Positions 30,596-39,522 of a DNA stretch of 64,000 bases are shown one piece after another (position 1 is the stretch's first letter; each line of letters begins with the position of its first letter). The translations under genes and the position numbers were made by a program. The DNA is from an uncultured Syntrophaceae bacterium (GTDB lineage: Bacteria; Desulfobacterota; Syntrophia; Syntrophales; UBA8958). The notes beneath the pieces were generated by a model. It ran no database searches. It had not been told where the DNA came from and saw only the letters and a program-made list of their open reading frames with translations. The stretch spans positions 9,063-73,062 of the forward strand of contig CAZYDG010000043.1 of NCBI GenBank assembly GCA_964645835.1. The letters run 5' to 3'.

Positions 30596-30985
30596 TTGCC
30601 ACTTCCGCAACCATCTTCCAGGCTTGAAGGCGAAGAGGTCTTGAATATCCTCAAGGCGATCGAGGACAATGCCGAGGTAACGCAACGTGAATTATCGTCT
30701 TCTCTGGGCATTTCCTTAGGGAAGGTCAACTTTCTCCTTCAGGCCCTTATTGAACGGGGCTTGGTCAAGGCCGATAATTTCAAAAAATCGAATCATAAAA
30801 ATGCTTATTTATACTACTTGACACCCAAAGGGTTGGAAGCGAAGGTTCGGACGACTTTTCTTTTTCTTAAAAGAAAAATGGCGGAATACGAAAGACTCGA
30901 GCAGGAAATCGTGGCGCTGAAAAATGAGCTTGCCCATCATATAGATCAAGGGCAAGAGCTTGAAGATAATGATTTTATAAAGTAG
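30596..30985 (+). CDS. MarR-family EPS-associated transcriptional regulator
   Basis: Contains QRELSSSLGISLGKVNFLLQALIERGLVKADNFKKS.HKNAYLYYLTPKGL.AK, followed by a C-terminal coiled EYE.LE.EI. This matches the EPS-associated MarR subfamily as I remember it. The TTG start at 30596 is uncertain. Confidence 0.7.
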   Translation: MPLPQPSSRLEGEEVLNILKAIEDNAEVTQRELSSSLGISLGKVNFLLQALIERGLVKADNFKKSNHKNAYLYYLTPKGLEAKVRTTFLFLKRKMAEYERLEQEIVALKNELAHHIDQGQELEDNDFIK

Positions 30986-31020
30986 TTGCGGATGTTTCTG
31001 CGGCCTTGCCGATGATTTTA

Positions 31021-31091
31021 TGTAATCCAAAGGGCGGAGCTGTATCTGGATGGGACGACAAATAATCGTGTAAGCCCTTTTTCAGGGCTCT
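31021..31091 (+). promoter_or_regulatory. Conserved leader motif (ops/JUMPstart-like), EPS sub-operon copy
   Basis: TGTAATCCAAAGGGCGGAGCTGTATCTGGA (31021-31050) plus TTTTTCAGGGCTCT (31078-31091). The 17-mer 31031-31047 is identical to 39453-39469. Lies 20-90 nt upstream of the ATG at 31111. Confidence 0.45.
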
Positions 31092-31110
31092 TAAAACGTA
31101 AAGGAGATAA

Positions 31111-32283
31111 ATGATGGACTTTATTGATCTGGCGGCGCAGCAAAAGCTGATCCTCGGGCAACTCGAAGGCAATATCAAAAATGTTTTAAATCACGGTCAG
31201 TATGTCATGGGACCGGAGATAAAGGTGCTTGAGAAAAAACTGGCCTCTTATGTGGGAGTCAAGCATGCTATTGGTTGCGCATCCGGGACAGATGCCCTGC
31301 TCATGGCCTTGATGGCCTATGGAATTGGCCCAGGCGATGCGGTCTTCACAACACCCTTTACATTTATCGCCACTGCAGAGGTTATCGCCCTCTTGGGCGC
31401 CACGCCTGTTTTTGTAGACATCGATCCGGATACATTCAATATATCGCCCGTGAAACTTGAGCAGGCTATTACGGCCCTGAAAACTCAAAACTCTTCCCTG
31501 TATCCATTACCCGTAGATCAAAAAGAAGCACTTGTTCCGAAGGGAATCATCCCTGTCGATCTTTTCGGCCTGCCTGCCGATTATGATCGGATCGGTGCGA
31601 TCGCGAAAGAGCATAATCTCTTCATCATTGAAGATGCGGCCCAGTCCTTCGGCGGAGATTATTACGGCAAAAAGGCCTGTGCATTAGGAAATATCGCCTG
31701 CACGTCATTTTTTCCCGCCAAACCACTGGGCTGCTACGGTGACGGCGGCATGTGTTTCACCGGCGATGACGGCCTGGCAAATGTCATGGAGTCCATTCGT
31801 ATCCACGGGAAAGGCGATGACAAATACGATAACATCCGCATCGGTATCAATGGTCGTCTCGATACCCTCCAGGCAGCCATTCTGCTGGCGAAATTCGATA
31901 TTTTCCCCGATGAAATCGAAAAACGGAGGGAAGCCGCCTGCCAGTATAACGATCTGATCGAGGCGGTAAACGGCTCTCTCGTCACGCCGAAAACCCCTGA
32001 AGGCTTCGGGAGCGCCTGGGCCCAGTATTCCCTCCTTGCCCAGGATGAAAAGACGAGGAACACCCTCATGAGTAACCTGAAGAAGCAAGGCATTCCCACG
32101 GCCATCTATTATCCGAAACCTCTGCACATGCAGACAGCCTTCGCCGGTTTCGGGTATTGCAAGGGGGCTTTTCCCGTATGTGAAGATTGTGCCGACCGCA
32201 TCTTCAGTTTGCCGATGCATCCCTACTTGAGCCTGGAGGTCCAGCAAACGATAGCACGGGGATTGGTAATGCCGGTAGAATGA
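31111..32283 (+). CDS. DegT/DnrJ/EryC1/StrS-family sugar aminotransferase
   Basis: 390 aa. Contains GPEI..LE..LA.Y.G.KHAIGCASGTDAL and FFPAKPLGCYGDGG. AAGGAG RBS. Confidence 0.88.
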   Translation: MMDFIDLAAQQKLILGQLEGNIKNVLNHGQYVMGPEIKVLEKKLASYVGVKHAIGCASGTDALLMALMAYGIGPGDAVFTTPFTFIATAEVIALLGATPVFVDIDPDTFNISPVKLEQAITALKTQNSSLYPLPVDQKEALVPKGIIPVDLFGLPADYDRIGAIAKEHNLFIIEDAAQSFGGDYYGKKACALGNIACTSFFPAKPLGCYGDGGMCFTGDDGLANVMESIRIHGKGDDKYDNIRIGINGRLDTLQAAILLAKFDIFPDEIEKRREAACQYNDLIEAVNGSLVTPKTPEGFGSAWAQYSLLAQDEKTRNTLMSNLKKQGIPTAIYYPKPLHMQTAFAGFGYCKGAFPVCEDCADRIFSLPMHPYLSLEVQQTIARGLVMPVE

Positions 32284-32326
32284 GCGATAATAGCGAGTTG
32301 AAAAAAGAATTCAAAAGGATCGGATT

Positions 32327-33556
32327 ATGAACTGTCGATTTTGCGGGCACCATCTCAAACACGAATTTATCGATTTAGTCAATTCTCCGCCTTCGAATGC
32401 CTTTTTGACAAAGGATCAACTCAATGAGCCGGAGATCTTCTACCCCCTTAAGCTTTACGTCTGCGACGCCTGCTTTCTCGTCCAGATCGATGAGTATAAG
32501 AAGTCCAGTGATATCTTTAATTCCGGGTATATCTATTTTTCCTCCTTTTCAACGACATGGCTGGCTCATGCCAGGAAATATGTTGAAATGATAATTGAGA
32601 GATTTGGATACAACCCAAAAAGCAGGGTCATCGAGATCGCTTCGAATGATGGCTATTTGCTGCAATATTTTAAAGAACGGGGGATTCCATGCCTCGGTAT
32701 CGAACCTGCGGAAGGTACTGCTTTTGAAGCCAGAAAGAAGGGCATTGAAACGGTTGTGAATTTTTTCGGCAAACGATTTGCGGAGGATCTGGCGGAGCAG
32801 GGGAAAAAGGCGGATTTGTTGATCGGCAACAATGTCCTTGCCCATGTCCCGGACCTGCATGATTTTGTGGCCGGTCTAAAGATTGCCCTAAAGTCCGATG
32901 GCGTAATTACCATGGAGTTTCCGCATTTGATGCAGCTTGTGGATGATTGCCTTTTCGATATTATCTATCATGAGCACTTTTCCTACCTGTCGCTCACAAC
33001 CGTCCAGTCCATCTTTAGACTGCATGGCCTCGACATCTTTGATGTCGATGAACTTCCTACCCAGGGAGGATCCCTCCGGATTTATGCGAAACATACAGAG
33101 GATCTTACTAAAGAAATCTCGAATCGTGTCGGCGCTTTTTTAGAAAATGAACGGGCAAAAGGTGTCAGCACGATGGACTATTATGAGGATTTTTCTCAGC
33201 GGGCGGACCGGATCAAATATGACCTGCTAAAATTCCTCATCGATCAGAAGCTAAAAGGGCGCAAGATTGCAGCCTATGGGGCAGCGGCCAAAGGCAACAC
33301 TCTTCTTAATTATTGCGGTATCCGAAAAGACCTCATTCCCTTCGTCGTCGATATATCGATACACAAGCAGGGGAAATATCTGCCCTGCAGCCATATTTTG
33401 GTGGTTGGCGAGGAGGAAATCAAGAAATACAAACCCGACTATGTCCTGATCCTGCCGTGGAATATCAAAGAAGAGATTATGGCGCAGCTTGATTACATCC
33501 ATGCCTGGGGCGGGCGATTTGTCGTGCCGATGCCGCGGGTCGAAGTTATTGATTAA
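32327..33556 (+). CDS. SAM-dependent sugar C-methyltransferase (TylCIII-like; N-terminal Zn-ribbon)
   Basis: 409 aa. Zn ribbon CRFCGH...CDAC, the class I MTase motif VIEIASNDGYLL, and a C-terminal C-methyltransferase-type domain. Confidence 0.7.
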   Translation: MNCRFCGHHLKHEFIDLVNSPPSNAFLTKDQLNEPEIFYPLKLYVCDACFLVQIDEYKKSSDIFNSGYIYFSSFSTTWLAHARKYVEMIIERFGYNPKSRVIEIASNDGYLLQYFKERGIPCLGIEPAEGTAFEARKKGIETVVNFFGKRFAEDLAEQGKKADLLIGNNVLAHVPDLHDFVAGLKIALKSDGVITMEFPHLMQLVDDCLFDIIYHEHFSYLSLTTVQSIFRLHGLDIFDVDELPTQGGSLRIYAKHTEDLTKEISNRVGAFLENERAKGVSTMDYYEDFSQRADRIKYDLLKFLIDQKLKGRKIAAYGAAAKGNTLLNYCGIRKDLIPFVVDISIHKQGKYLPCSHILVVGEEEIKKYKPDYVLILPWNIKEEIMAQLDYIHAWGGRFVVPMPRVEVID

Positions 33557-33562
33557 TAAGTA

Positions 33563-34513
33563 GTGGAGCTACTAACAGTTGCCATAACGGGAGCGGGCAG
33601 TTTTGTAGGGACGCATCTGTTGGAGCGCCTTATGCCCTGCAAGGATTTGTACTTCAGATTGCTTGTTCATAAAAATGTGAATGCATCTTTGCGGGGGGGG
33701 GGAAATGTCTCAATCATTGAGGGCAGTCTTCTTGACGGCAAGGCGTTGAACGATTTTGTCGTGCCGGGATGCATCGTGGTCAATCTGGCCTATCTTCACG
33801 ATGGCTCACTTGAGGACAATCTCGTTTCAATAGATAACCTCACAGAGACCTGTCGCCGGGCAAAGATAAAACGTCTTATCCATTGCAGCACGGCCGTCGT
33901 TTCCGGAAGAACTTCGAATAATATCGTTACAGAAAACACTTCCGGCAAGCTCTTGCATGAATACGAAATCATAAAAAATAATATTGAAAAAAATATACTG
34001 AAAAAATCGGATGGCTCTTTTGAAGTAGTTATTCTGCGACCGACAGCCATTTTTGGGAAAGATGGAAGAAATCTGCTTAAACTTGCCGATTCCCTTAGGT
34101 GTGGAAACAGGTTTCTGAATTACATAAAGTCATGCACTCACCAGTTCCGCCGGATGAACCTGGTCTATATCGAGAATGTAACGGCGGCCATTGAATATCT
34201 TATAAGGGCGGATCGTTTTATAAACAGTGAAATCTTCATTATTTCAGATGATGAGGATCCTGCCAATAATTATCGCGATATTGAAAAGTATTTAATGGCG
34301 CGAATGGGCTGCAAGCCCTATCGGGGCGCTCCGATTTCCCTGCCTTTTCCAATCTTAAAAACCATGCTTCGGCTTACGGGAAGAAGCAATGATAATCCAA
34401 ATCTTCTTTACGATTGCGGGAAGCTCAAATCCTATGGTTTCGAAAAGCCTGTTTCTTTTAAAGAGGGGTTATCGCGGTTTTCCGACTGGTATATAAAGAC
34501 GCATCTTTCTTGA
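33563..34513 (+). CDS. NAD-dependent epimerase/dehydratase family protein
   Basis: 316 aa, GTG start. Contains ITGAGSFVGTHL and YEIIK (YxxxK). The gene is visibly A/T-richer than its neighbours. Confidence 0.7.
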   Translation: MELLTVAITGAGSFVGTHLLERLMPCKDLYFRLLVHKNVNASLRGGGNVSIIEGSLLDGKALNDFVVPGCIVVNLAYLHDGSLEDNLVSIDNLTETCRRAKIKRLIHCSTAVVSGRTSNNIVTENTSGKLLHEYEIIKNNIEKNILKKSDGSFEVVILRPTAIFGKDGRNLLKLADSLRCGNRFLNYIKSCTHQFRRMNLVYIENVTAAIEYLIRADRFINSEIFIISDDEDPANNYRDIEKYLMARMGCKPYRGAPISLPFPILKTMLRLTGRSNDNPNLLYDCGKLKSYGFEKPVSFKEGLSRFSDWYIKTHLS

Positions 34514-34565
34514 ATAAAGGATTTTTCTGTGATCGTGCTGAGAAAACAATTTAAGGGCTTCCATA

Positions 34566-36044
34566 TTGTCCGTAAGAAATAATGTTATTGCAAATTTTTC
34601 GGGCAACGTATGGTCGGCCCTTATGGGGCTCATCTTTGTGCCGGTTTATATCCGATTGATGGGTGTTGAAGCTTACGGAATCGTTGGGATTTATATCTCC
34701 CTGCAGGCGGTCTTTGCGGTACTCGATCTTGGCTTGTCACAGACTTTGGCCAGAGAGATGGCGAGGCTCTCGGTGGATTCCAAGAATTTGAAGCTGATGG
34801 CGGATACGGCTCATACGCTGGAAATCATCTATTGGGTTGCCGCTGCAGGTGTCGCCCTTGTCATTGTCTTATCCTCTCATTTCATCGCCTATTATTGGTT
34901 AAACCCTCAGCAGCTGTCCAGAGAGTCCCTGCGGAATGCCTTATGGGTTATGGCTTTCGTGATTGGTATTCGCTGGCCCATGACCCTTTACATGGGGGGA
35001 TTGAACGGCTTGCAACGGCAAGTATTATGCAATACGCTGCTGGCATTTTTTGCCACCCTGCAGGGCATAGGCGCGATTGCTGTCCTTTGGTTTGTCGCAC
35101 CGACTATCGAAGTGTTTTTTTGCTGGCAAGCGTTGATCTCACTATTTCAGGTACTGGCTGTGCAAGTCGCTCTGTGGAGGAATCTTCCTTTCCGGGGATC
35201 GCGTTTTCGCTTGGATGTGCTGAAGGGGATATGGCGCTTTGCAGCGGGTATGACCGGTATTGCCCTGTTGGCAACGATATTGACGCAGTTGGATAAGCTT
35301 CTTCTCAGTAAGTTGCTCAGCTTGTCCGAATTTGGGTATTATGTGTTTGCTTCGACAGTTGCGGCGGCGCTTTTCAAATTGACGAGCCCGATCTTTACGG
35401 CCTATTTGCCACGATTTACCGAGTTGGCTTCAGTCGGCGATCAAGGATTGCTAATCCGAATTTACCATCAGGGCTGCCAGTTGATGGCTTTGGTCACCGT
35501 TCCCGCGGCAATGGTCTTGGCTTTTTTTTCGATGGATATTTTGATGTTATGGACTCGGGATGCAGGCTTGGCGATCCATTCCTTTTTATTAGTCAGCCTT
35601 TTAGTTGTCGGGAATGCTATCAATGGTTTCATGAATCTGCCCTATGCGCTGCAGCTCGCCCACGGATGGACCAAATTGGCTTTTTATCAGAATTTGATTG
35701 CTGTGATAATGGCCGTTCCCGGCTTCTTTGTTGCCACTTATTACTGGGGGGCAGTAGGCGCCGCAGCTGTCTGGATAGCAGTGAACAGCTCCTACGTTCT
35801 GATTGGCATCCAGGTGATGCACCGGCGTTTGCTGAAGACGGAAAAGGGGCGTTGGTATAAGGAATCAGTCATTTTCCCGTCTATTGCCGGAGGAGGAGTC
35901 GCCGCCTTTTTATCATATGTGGTCCCCATACCGGCCAATCCCTTCATGGTGGTCCTGTCTCTTACGGCGGTCAGTATTTTGATTTTTTTTAGCGTGGCAT
36001 TAGCTTTACCTGATATACGCCAAAGATTGGTTCAATACATCTAG
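34566..36044 (+). CDS. Wzx-type (MOP superfamily) polysaccharide flippase
   Basis: 492 aa with about 12-14 TM segments. The N-terminus NFSGNVWSALMGLIFVPVYIRLMG.EAYG is typical of Wzx. TTG start. Confidence 0.8.
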   Translation: MSVRNNVIANFSGNVWSALMGLIFVPVYIRLMGVEAYGIVGIYISLQAVFAVLDLGLSQTLAREMARLSVDSKNLKLMADTAHTLEIIYWVAAAGVALVIVLSSHFIAYYWLNPQQLSRESLRNALWVMAFVIGIRWPMTLYMGGLNGLQRQVLCNTLLAFFATLQGIGAIAVLWFVAPTIEVFFCWQALISLFQVLAVQVALWRNLPFRGSRFRLDVLKGIWRFAAGMTGIALLATILTQLDKLLLSKLLSLSEFGYYVFASTVAAALFKLTSPIFTAYLPRFTELASVGDQGLLIRIYHQGCQLMALVTVPAAMVLAFFSMDILMLWTRDAGLAIHSFLLVSLLVVGNAINGFMNLPYALQLAHGWTKLAFYQNLIAVIMAVPGFFVATYYWGAVGAAAVWIAVNSSYVLIGIQVMHRRLLKTEKGRWYKESVIFPSIAGGGVAAFLSYVVPIPANPFMVVLSLTAVSILIFFSVALALPDIRQRLVQYI

Positions 36045-36189
36045 CAGCTGTTGAAAAACGCCCATCTGCTGTGTTGCGCCGCAAGCTTCCCCGGCCTTCG
36101 CCGGGGCAGGCTACATCGACGTACTACTATGTATGCCTCATTCCTCAGCTTTTGCGTGCCTTGCATCTGGACATTTTTGAACAGCCTGC
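36044..36189 (+). repeat. MITE-like element, copy B (with nested hairpin insertion)
   Basis: 146 bp. Starts on the last base of the flippase stop codon. Aligns with copy D except for a replaced segment containing the hairpin CCCCGGCCTTCGCCGGGG. Confidence 0.8.
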
Positions 36190-36234
36190 ACAAAATCGAA
36201 TTTTTAACAACCTGCTAGACTTAGGGTTTATTTT

Positions 36235-37311
36235 ATGATCACCACTGTAATTCCAACTTTTCAGCGTCCTTTGTTGCTGAAACGGGCGATTGAGAGTGCC
36301 TTAGCCCAATCGTTCGGCGATATACAAATTTGTGTACATGATAATGCGTCCCAGGATGAAACGGAGTCGGTTGTTCGTGATTATGCACGTTTGGACAAGC
36401 GGGTTTTTTACTTCAGGAACCCCGTCAATATCGGACCGGTAAGGAACATGATCCAAGGCGTCAATGCTGTAGAGACGCCATACTACTCCCTCCTTAATGA
36501 TGACGATTTTTTGCTGCCCGGTTTTTACGAGCATGCCATTGGCGGTTTTAACCGCCATCCGGATGCCTGGATATCCTGTGCGAAGACCATGACGCTGAAC
36601 GTCATCGATGGGCAATTCGAACTTCGGAACCGGGACTGGGCGGCCGGTTTCTATCGACCAAGCATTGAAATACTTAATAAAATGTATAGTTCCCACTTTG
36701 TGCCGACCTCCGTTTTGTTCAGGCGGGATGTCAGGGACCACCTCGGGGCATTCGAGGCATCGGGAAGCGATTCTCTCTATTTAACGATAGCCTCCGCCAT
36801 ACTGCCTTTTGTTGTTGTCGATTACTATGGTGGTGCCGTCACCTTACACCGGCAGGCCTACTCCATGATCGGTGAGGGGATTAACAAAGAGGGCATCGGG
36901 GTGCTGAACGAGCATCTATTGGAGAGTCTGGGCGTCGTAATGAGAGCGGCTATCGATCCCGATCTGAAAGTCAATCTGCTCATGCTGGTCATTAATGCCT
37001 ATCATCAGATCTACGATTCGAAGCGCTTGGGGTATTTACTGGGCAACCACGATGAGGCGAATATCGGTAATCTGTTCATGCTTCCCTCGTTGATTACGAA
37101 TAGAGGGTTGGTGGCAAAATTTTATCGTGCCGTTCCTGACGGCTTCAAACCGATGGTCAAAATACTGTATGAAAAAACCTCTCTTGCAAGACAGAGGAGG
37201 CAAACGATATCAAATGCCAGTTGGATGCCCTTGCCTGACGATATTAAGGCCGGGTTGGAGCGATCTGATATCGATGTGTCCAAAATCGCGTCGCTAGCCG
37301 GTATCAAATAA
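36235..37311 (+). CDS. Glycosyltransferase family 2
   Basis: 358 aa. Contains ITTVIPTFQRP.LL.RAI.SAL.Q and LNDDD. Confidence 0.8.
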   Translation: MITTVIPTFQRPLLLKRAIESALAQSFGDIQICVHDNASQDETESVVRDYARLDKRVFYFRNPVNIGPVRNMIQGVNAVETPYYSLLNDDDFLLPGFYEHAIGGFNRHPDAWISCAKTMTLNVIDGQFELRNRDWAAGFYRPSIEILNKMYSSHFVPTSVLFRRDVRDHLGAFEASGSDSLYLTIASAILPFVVVDYYGGAVTLHRQAYSMIGEGINKEGIGVLNEHLLESLGVVMRAAIDPDLKVNLLMLVINAYHQIYDSKRLGYLLGNHDEANIGNLFMLPSLITNRGLVAKFYRAVPDGFKPMVKILYEKTSLARQRRQTISNASWMPLPDDIKAGLERSDIDVSKIASLAGIK

Positions 37312-37347
37312 AGTAAATCATTCAAAAGAAGATGAATTCGTAAAAAG

Positions 37348-37430
37348 TCGTCACACCGGTGAAAACCGGTGTCCAGTGTTTGTGTAACGCATTGAAATAT
37401 CTGGATTCCGGTCTTCACCGGAATGACGAT
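37348..37430. repeat. Double-hairpin palindromic element, copy 2
   Basis: GTCGTCACACCGGTGAAAACCGGTGTCCAG, a 25-nt spacer, then CTGGATTCCGGTCTTCACCGGAATGACGAT. The arms are mutual inverted repeats. Confidence 0.65.
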
Positions 37431-37452
37431 TCTTGAACATTTTTAGCTTTTT

Positions 37453-38148
37453 ATGAGAACATTAAAGAAAGTATCAAGAATAATGAGGCTTAGCAAAGAA
37501 ATCGAATTACGTATCGGTAGCTCGGAAGATTTAGCACGGTATGTTTTATATCAGTTACGTATTTTTATGCCAGCTGATCAAGATGAAGGTTTTGAAACAA
37601 TAAATCGCTATTTACCCGGAACCTTAAAACGAATGGCACCTATTTTGGCATGCGCCAAACATTTTCAGCCCGGAATTTTCGATCATCTTAATTCACAGCA
37701 GTATGCCATGTTTTTATATTTACTGGCCAATGAAATCTGGACAAATGATGAAAGCAGTTGGGTAGTATGTGAGAAACTCTTTTTTTTGAATAGAATATTT
37801 TCCGGAATGGATCTGTACTACAAAATAAATATGCCGGAGATTTTCCTGATCGAGCATGGTGGCGGATCTGTTCTTGTAAATACGCATTATGGAAATAAAT
37901 TTGTATTTTTTCAGTCCGTAACGGTTGGCCGGCTGGGGGATGCATGCCCTGTTATTGGAGAGGGTGTTATACTTTTTCCTAATACCGTCGTTACCGGAGA
38001 GTCCATCATTGGTGATTATTCCGTAATATCCGCCGGCACAATAGTTAATAATAAAATTATTCCGCCAGACTCAGTCGTGTTTTCCAATGGATCCGATATC
38101 GTTATCAAGGACAGGAAAAAAGATTATTTATCTTATTATTTTAGATAG
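37453..38148 (+). CDS. Hexapeptide-repeat (left-handed beta-helix) acyltransferase-like protein
   Basis: 231 aa. The C-terminal half has [LIV]-G-x4 hexapeptide periodicity (VIGEGVILFPNTVVTGESIIGDYSVISAGTIV). The N-terminal half resembles the serine-acetyltransferase-like helical domain. A/T-rich gene. Confidence 0.55.
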   Translation: MRTLKKVSRIMRLSKEIELRIGSSEDLARYVLYQLRIFMPADQDEGFETINRYLPGTLKRMAPILACAKHFQPGIFDHLNSQQYAMFLYLLANEIWTNDESSWVVCEKLFFLNRIFSGMDLYYKINMPEIFLIEHGGGSVLVNTHYGNKFVFFQSVTVGRLGDACPVIGEGVILFPNTVVTGESIIGDYSVISAGTIVNNKIIPPDSVVFSNGSDIVIKDRKKDYLSYYFR

Positions 38149-38202
38149 CATGATGTCGACGGGAACAATGACGCTATTGGACAGCTGATTGTGGGCGATT
38201 AC

Positions 38203-39123
38203 ATGGGATCGGAGCTTGTAAGCATCATCATTCCGGCCTTTAATCATGGACGATATCTCAGGCAGGCCATTGACAGTGTGCTGATGCAGGACTATCCGAA
38301 CATTGAATTGATCGTTCTGGATGACGGTTCAACTGATAATACCAGAGCGGTCCTTGAAAGTTACGGAGATGCCTTTTATTGGGAGACGCATCCGAACATG
38401 GGTCAGGCAAACACCCTTAACAAGGGGTGGCAACAGGCAAAGGGGTCGATTTTATCTTACCTCAGCGCCGATGACATTCTGATGCCCGATGCGGTCAGTT
38501 CATCTCTGGCGTATTTAAAGGGTGATATTGTCTTGACGTATGGCGATTTCAATCTTATCGATCCCTCATCGAAGATCATCCGGCAAGTAGCGGCGCCGGA
38601 GTTTAGCTATCTTGAAATGTTCTGCAAGTTCATTTGCCAGCCCGGCCCCGGGGTCTTTATGACCCGCCGGGCTTACGAAGCGGCGGGCGGCTGGGATAGC
38701 ACATTGAAGCAAATGCCCGACCATGAGTATTGGTTGCGGCTTGGGCTTGTCGGCCCATTTGTCAGGGTTCCGAAAGTACTTGCCGCATTTCGCGTGCACG
38801 ACGATTCGCTAACCTATTCGATTTCCGACACGCATAGAGCGGAAGAGCCGTTGCGGGTGATCCATAAGTTTATTGAAAGCCATGAACTACCACTGGAATT
38901 AATTGCCGTGAAACATGTTGCGATCAGCAGTGCCTGGCTTTTCACGGCGCAATTGCATATTCGCTCGGGTCGCTTTAAAGAGGGGTTTGCCGCATTGTGG
39001 CACTCATCCACGATATCACCTGGTAATTTCTTTTCTCTACGCACTTTTCGGATTCTTTTAAATAGTTTTTTAAATCGATGTTTTCACCGGATCATGCGAT
39101 TAAAAAACCGACTTGGAAATTGA
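38203..39123 (+). CDS. Glycosyltransferase family 2
   Basis: Contains VSIIIPAFNHGRYL.QAIDSVL.Q, LDDGSTD and SADD. The ATG 38203 start is preferred over GTG 38191. Confidence 0.85.
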   Translation: MGSELVSIIIPAFNHGRYLRQAIDSVLMQDYPNIELIVLDDGSTDNTRAVLESYGDAFYWETHPNMGQANTLNKGWQQAKGSILSYLSADDILMPDAVSSSLAYLKGDIVLTYGDFNLIDPSSKIIRQVAAPEFSYLEMFCKFICQPGPGVFMTRRAYEAAGGWDSTLKQMPDHEYWLRLGLVGPFVRVPKVLAAFRVHDDSLTYSISDTHRAEEPLRVIHKFIESHELPLELIAVKHVAISSAWLFTAQLHIRSGRFKEGFAALWHSSTISPGNFFSLRTFRILLNSFLNRCFHRIMRLKNRLGN

Positions 39124-39442
39124 TGATCTATACAATTTATGTAGAATTCCCCCATCCCCCTTTTGCTAAAAGGGGGCAATTTGATGTATTCCCTGCCTGG
39201 GGGGCAAGAGCATAACTGAGAGAGTTTATAAGGACGGTCTTTTAAACACGGAATGGGGATTAAATCAGCATAAGATTCCGAAACAATGGATTTATTAACG
39301 AATAGGCCGACGGTCCTTTCCTCCAGAATTGTCTTGACATTCCTTTGTCATTTAAGTAGGTTGCCGTCAGCGTTCAATTTGTGAACATATGGTTTTCCCC
39401 TCATTCTCGTTGTCTGAAGGGAAAAATCGGTCGCCCCTGGGT

Positions 39443-39498
39443 TGTAACTCAGAGGGCGGAGCTGTATCTTGAAAGGGATCATGATTTTTCAGTGCTCT
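39443..39498 (+). promoter_or_regulatory. Conserved leader motif (ops/JUMPstart-like), T2SS-like operon copy
   Basis: TGTAACTCAGAGGGCGGAGCTGTATCTTGA (39443-39472) plus TTTTTCAGTGCTCT (39485-39498). Lies 25-80 nt upstream of the gspG ATG. Confidence 0.45.
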
Positions 39499-39522
39499 CG
39501 ATAAACCAAAGAGGTTGTTGAC

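Noticed and set aside
39149-39176. Short shared CCC(C)ATCCC box followed by small G/C hairpins at 30209-30262, 39149-39176 and 51044-51080
   Set aside because: Only 8-9 nt are actually shared, and the hairpins differ in sequence and strength. That is too little evidence to call a repeat family, although such PxPLxGG-translating hairpins are common intergenic filler.
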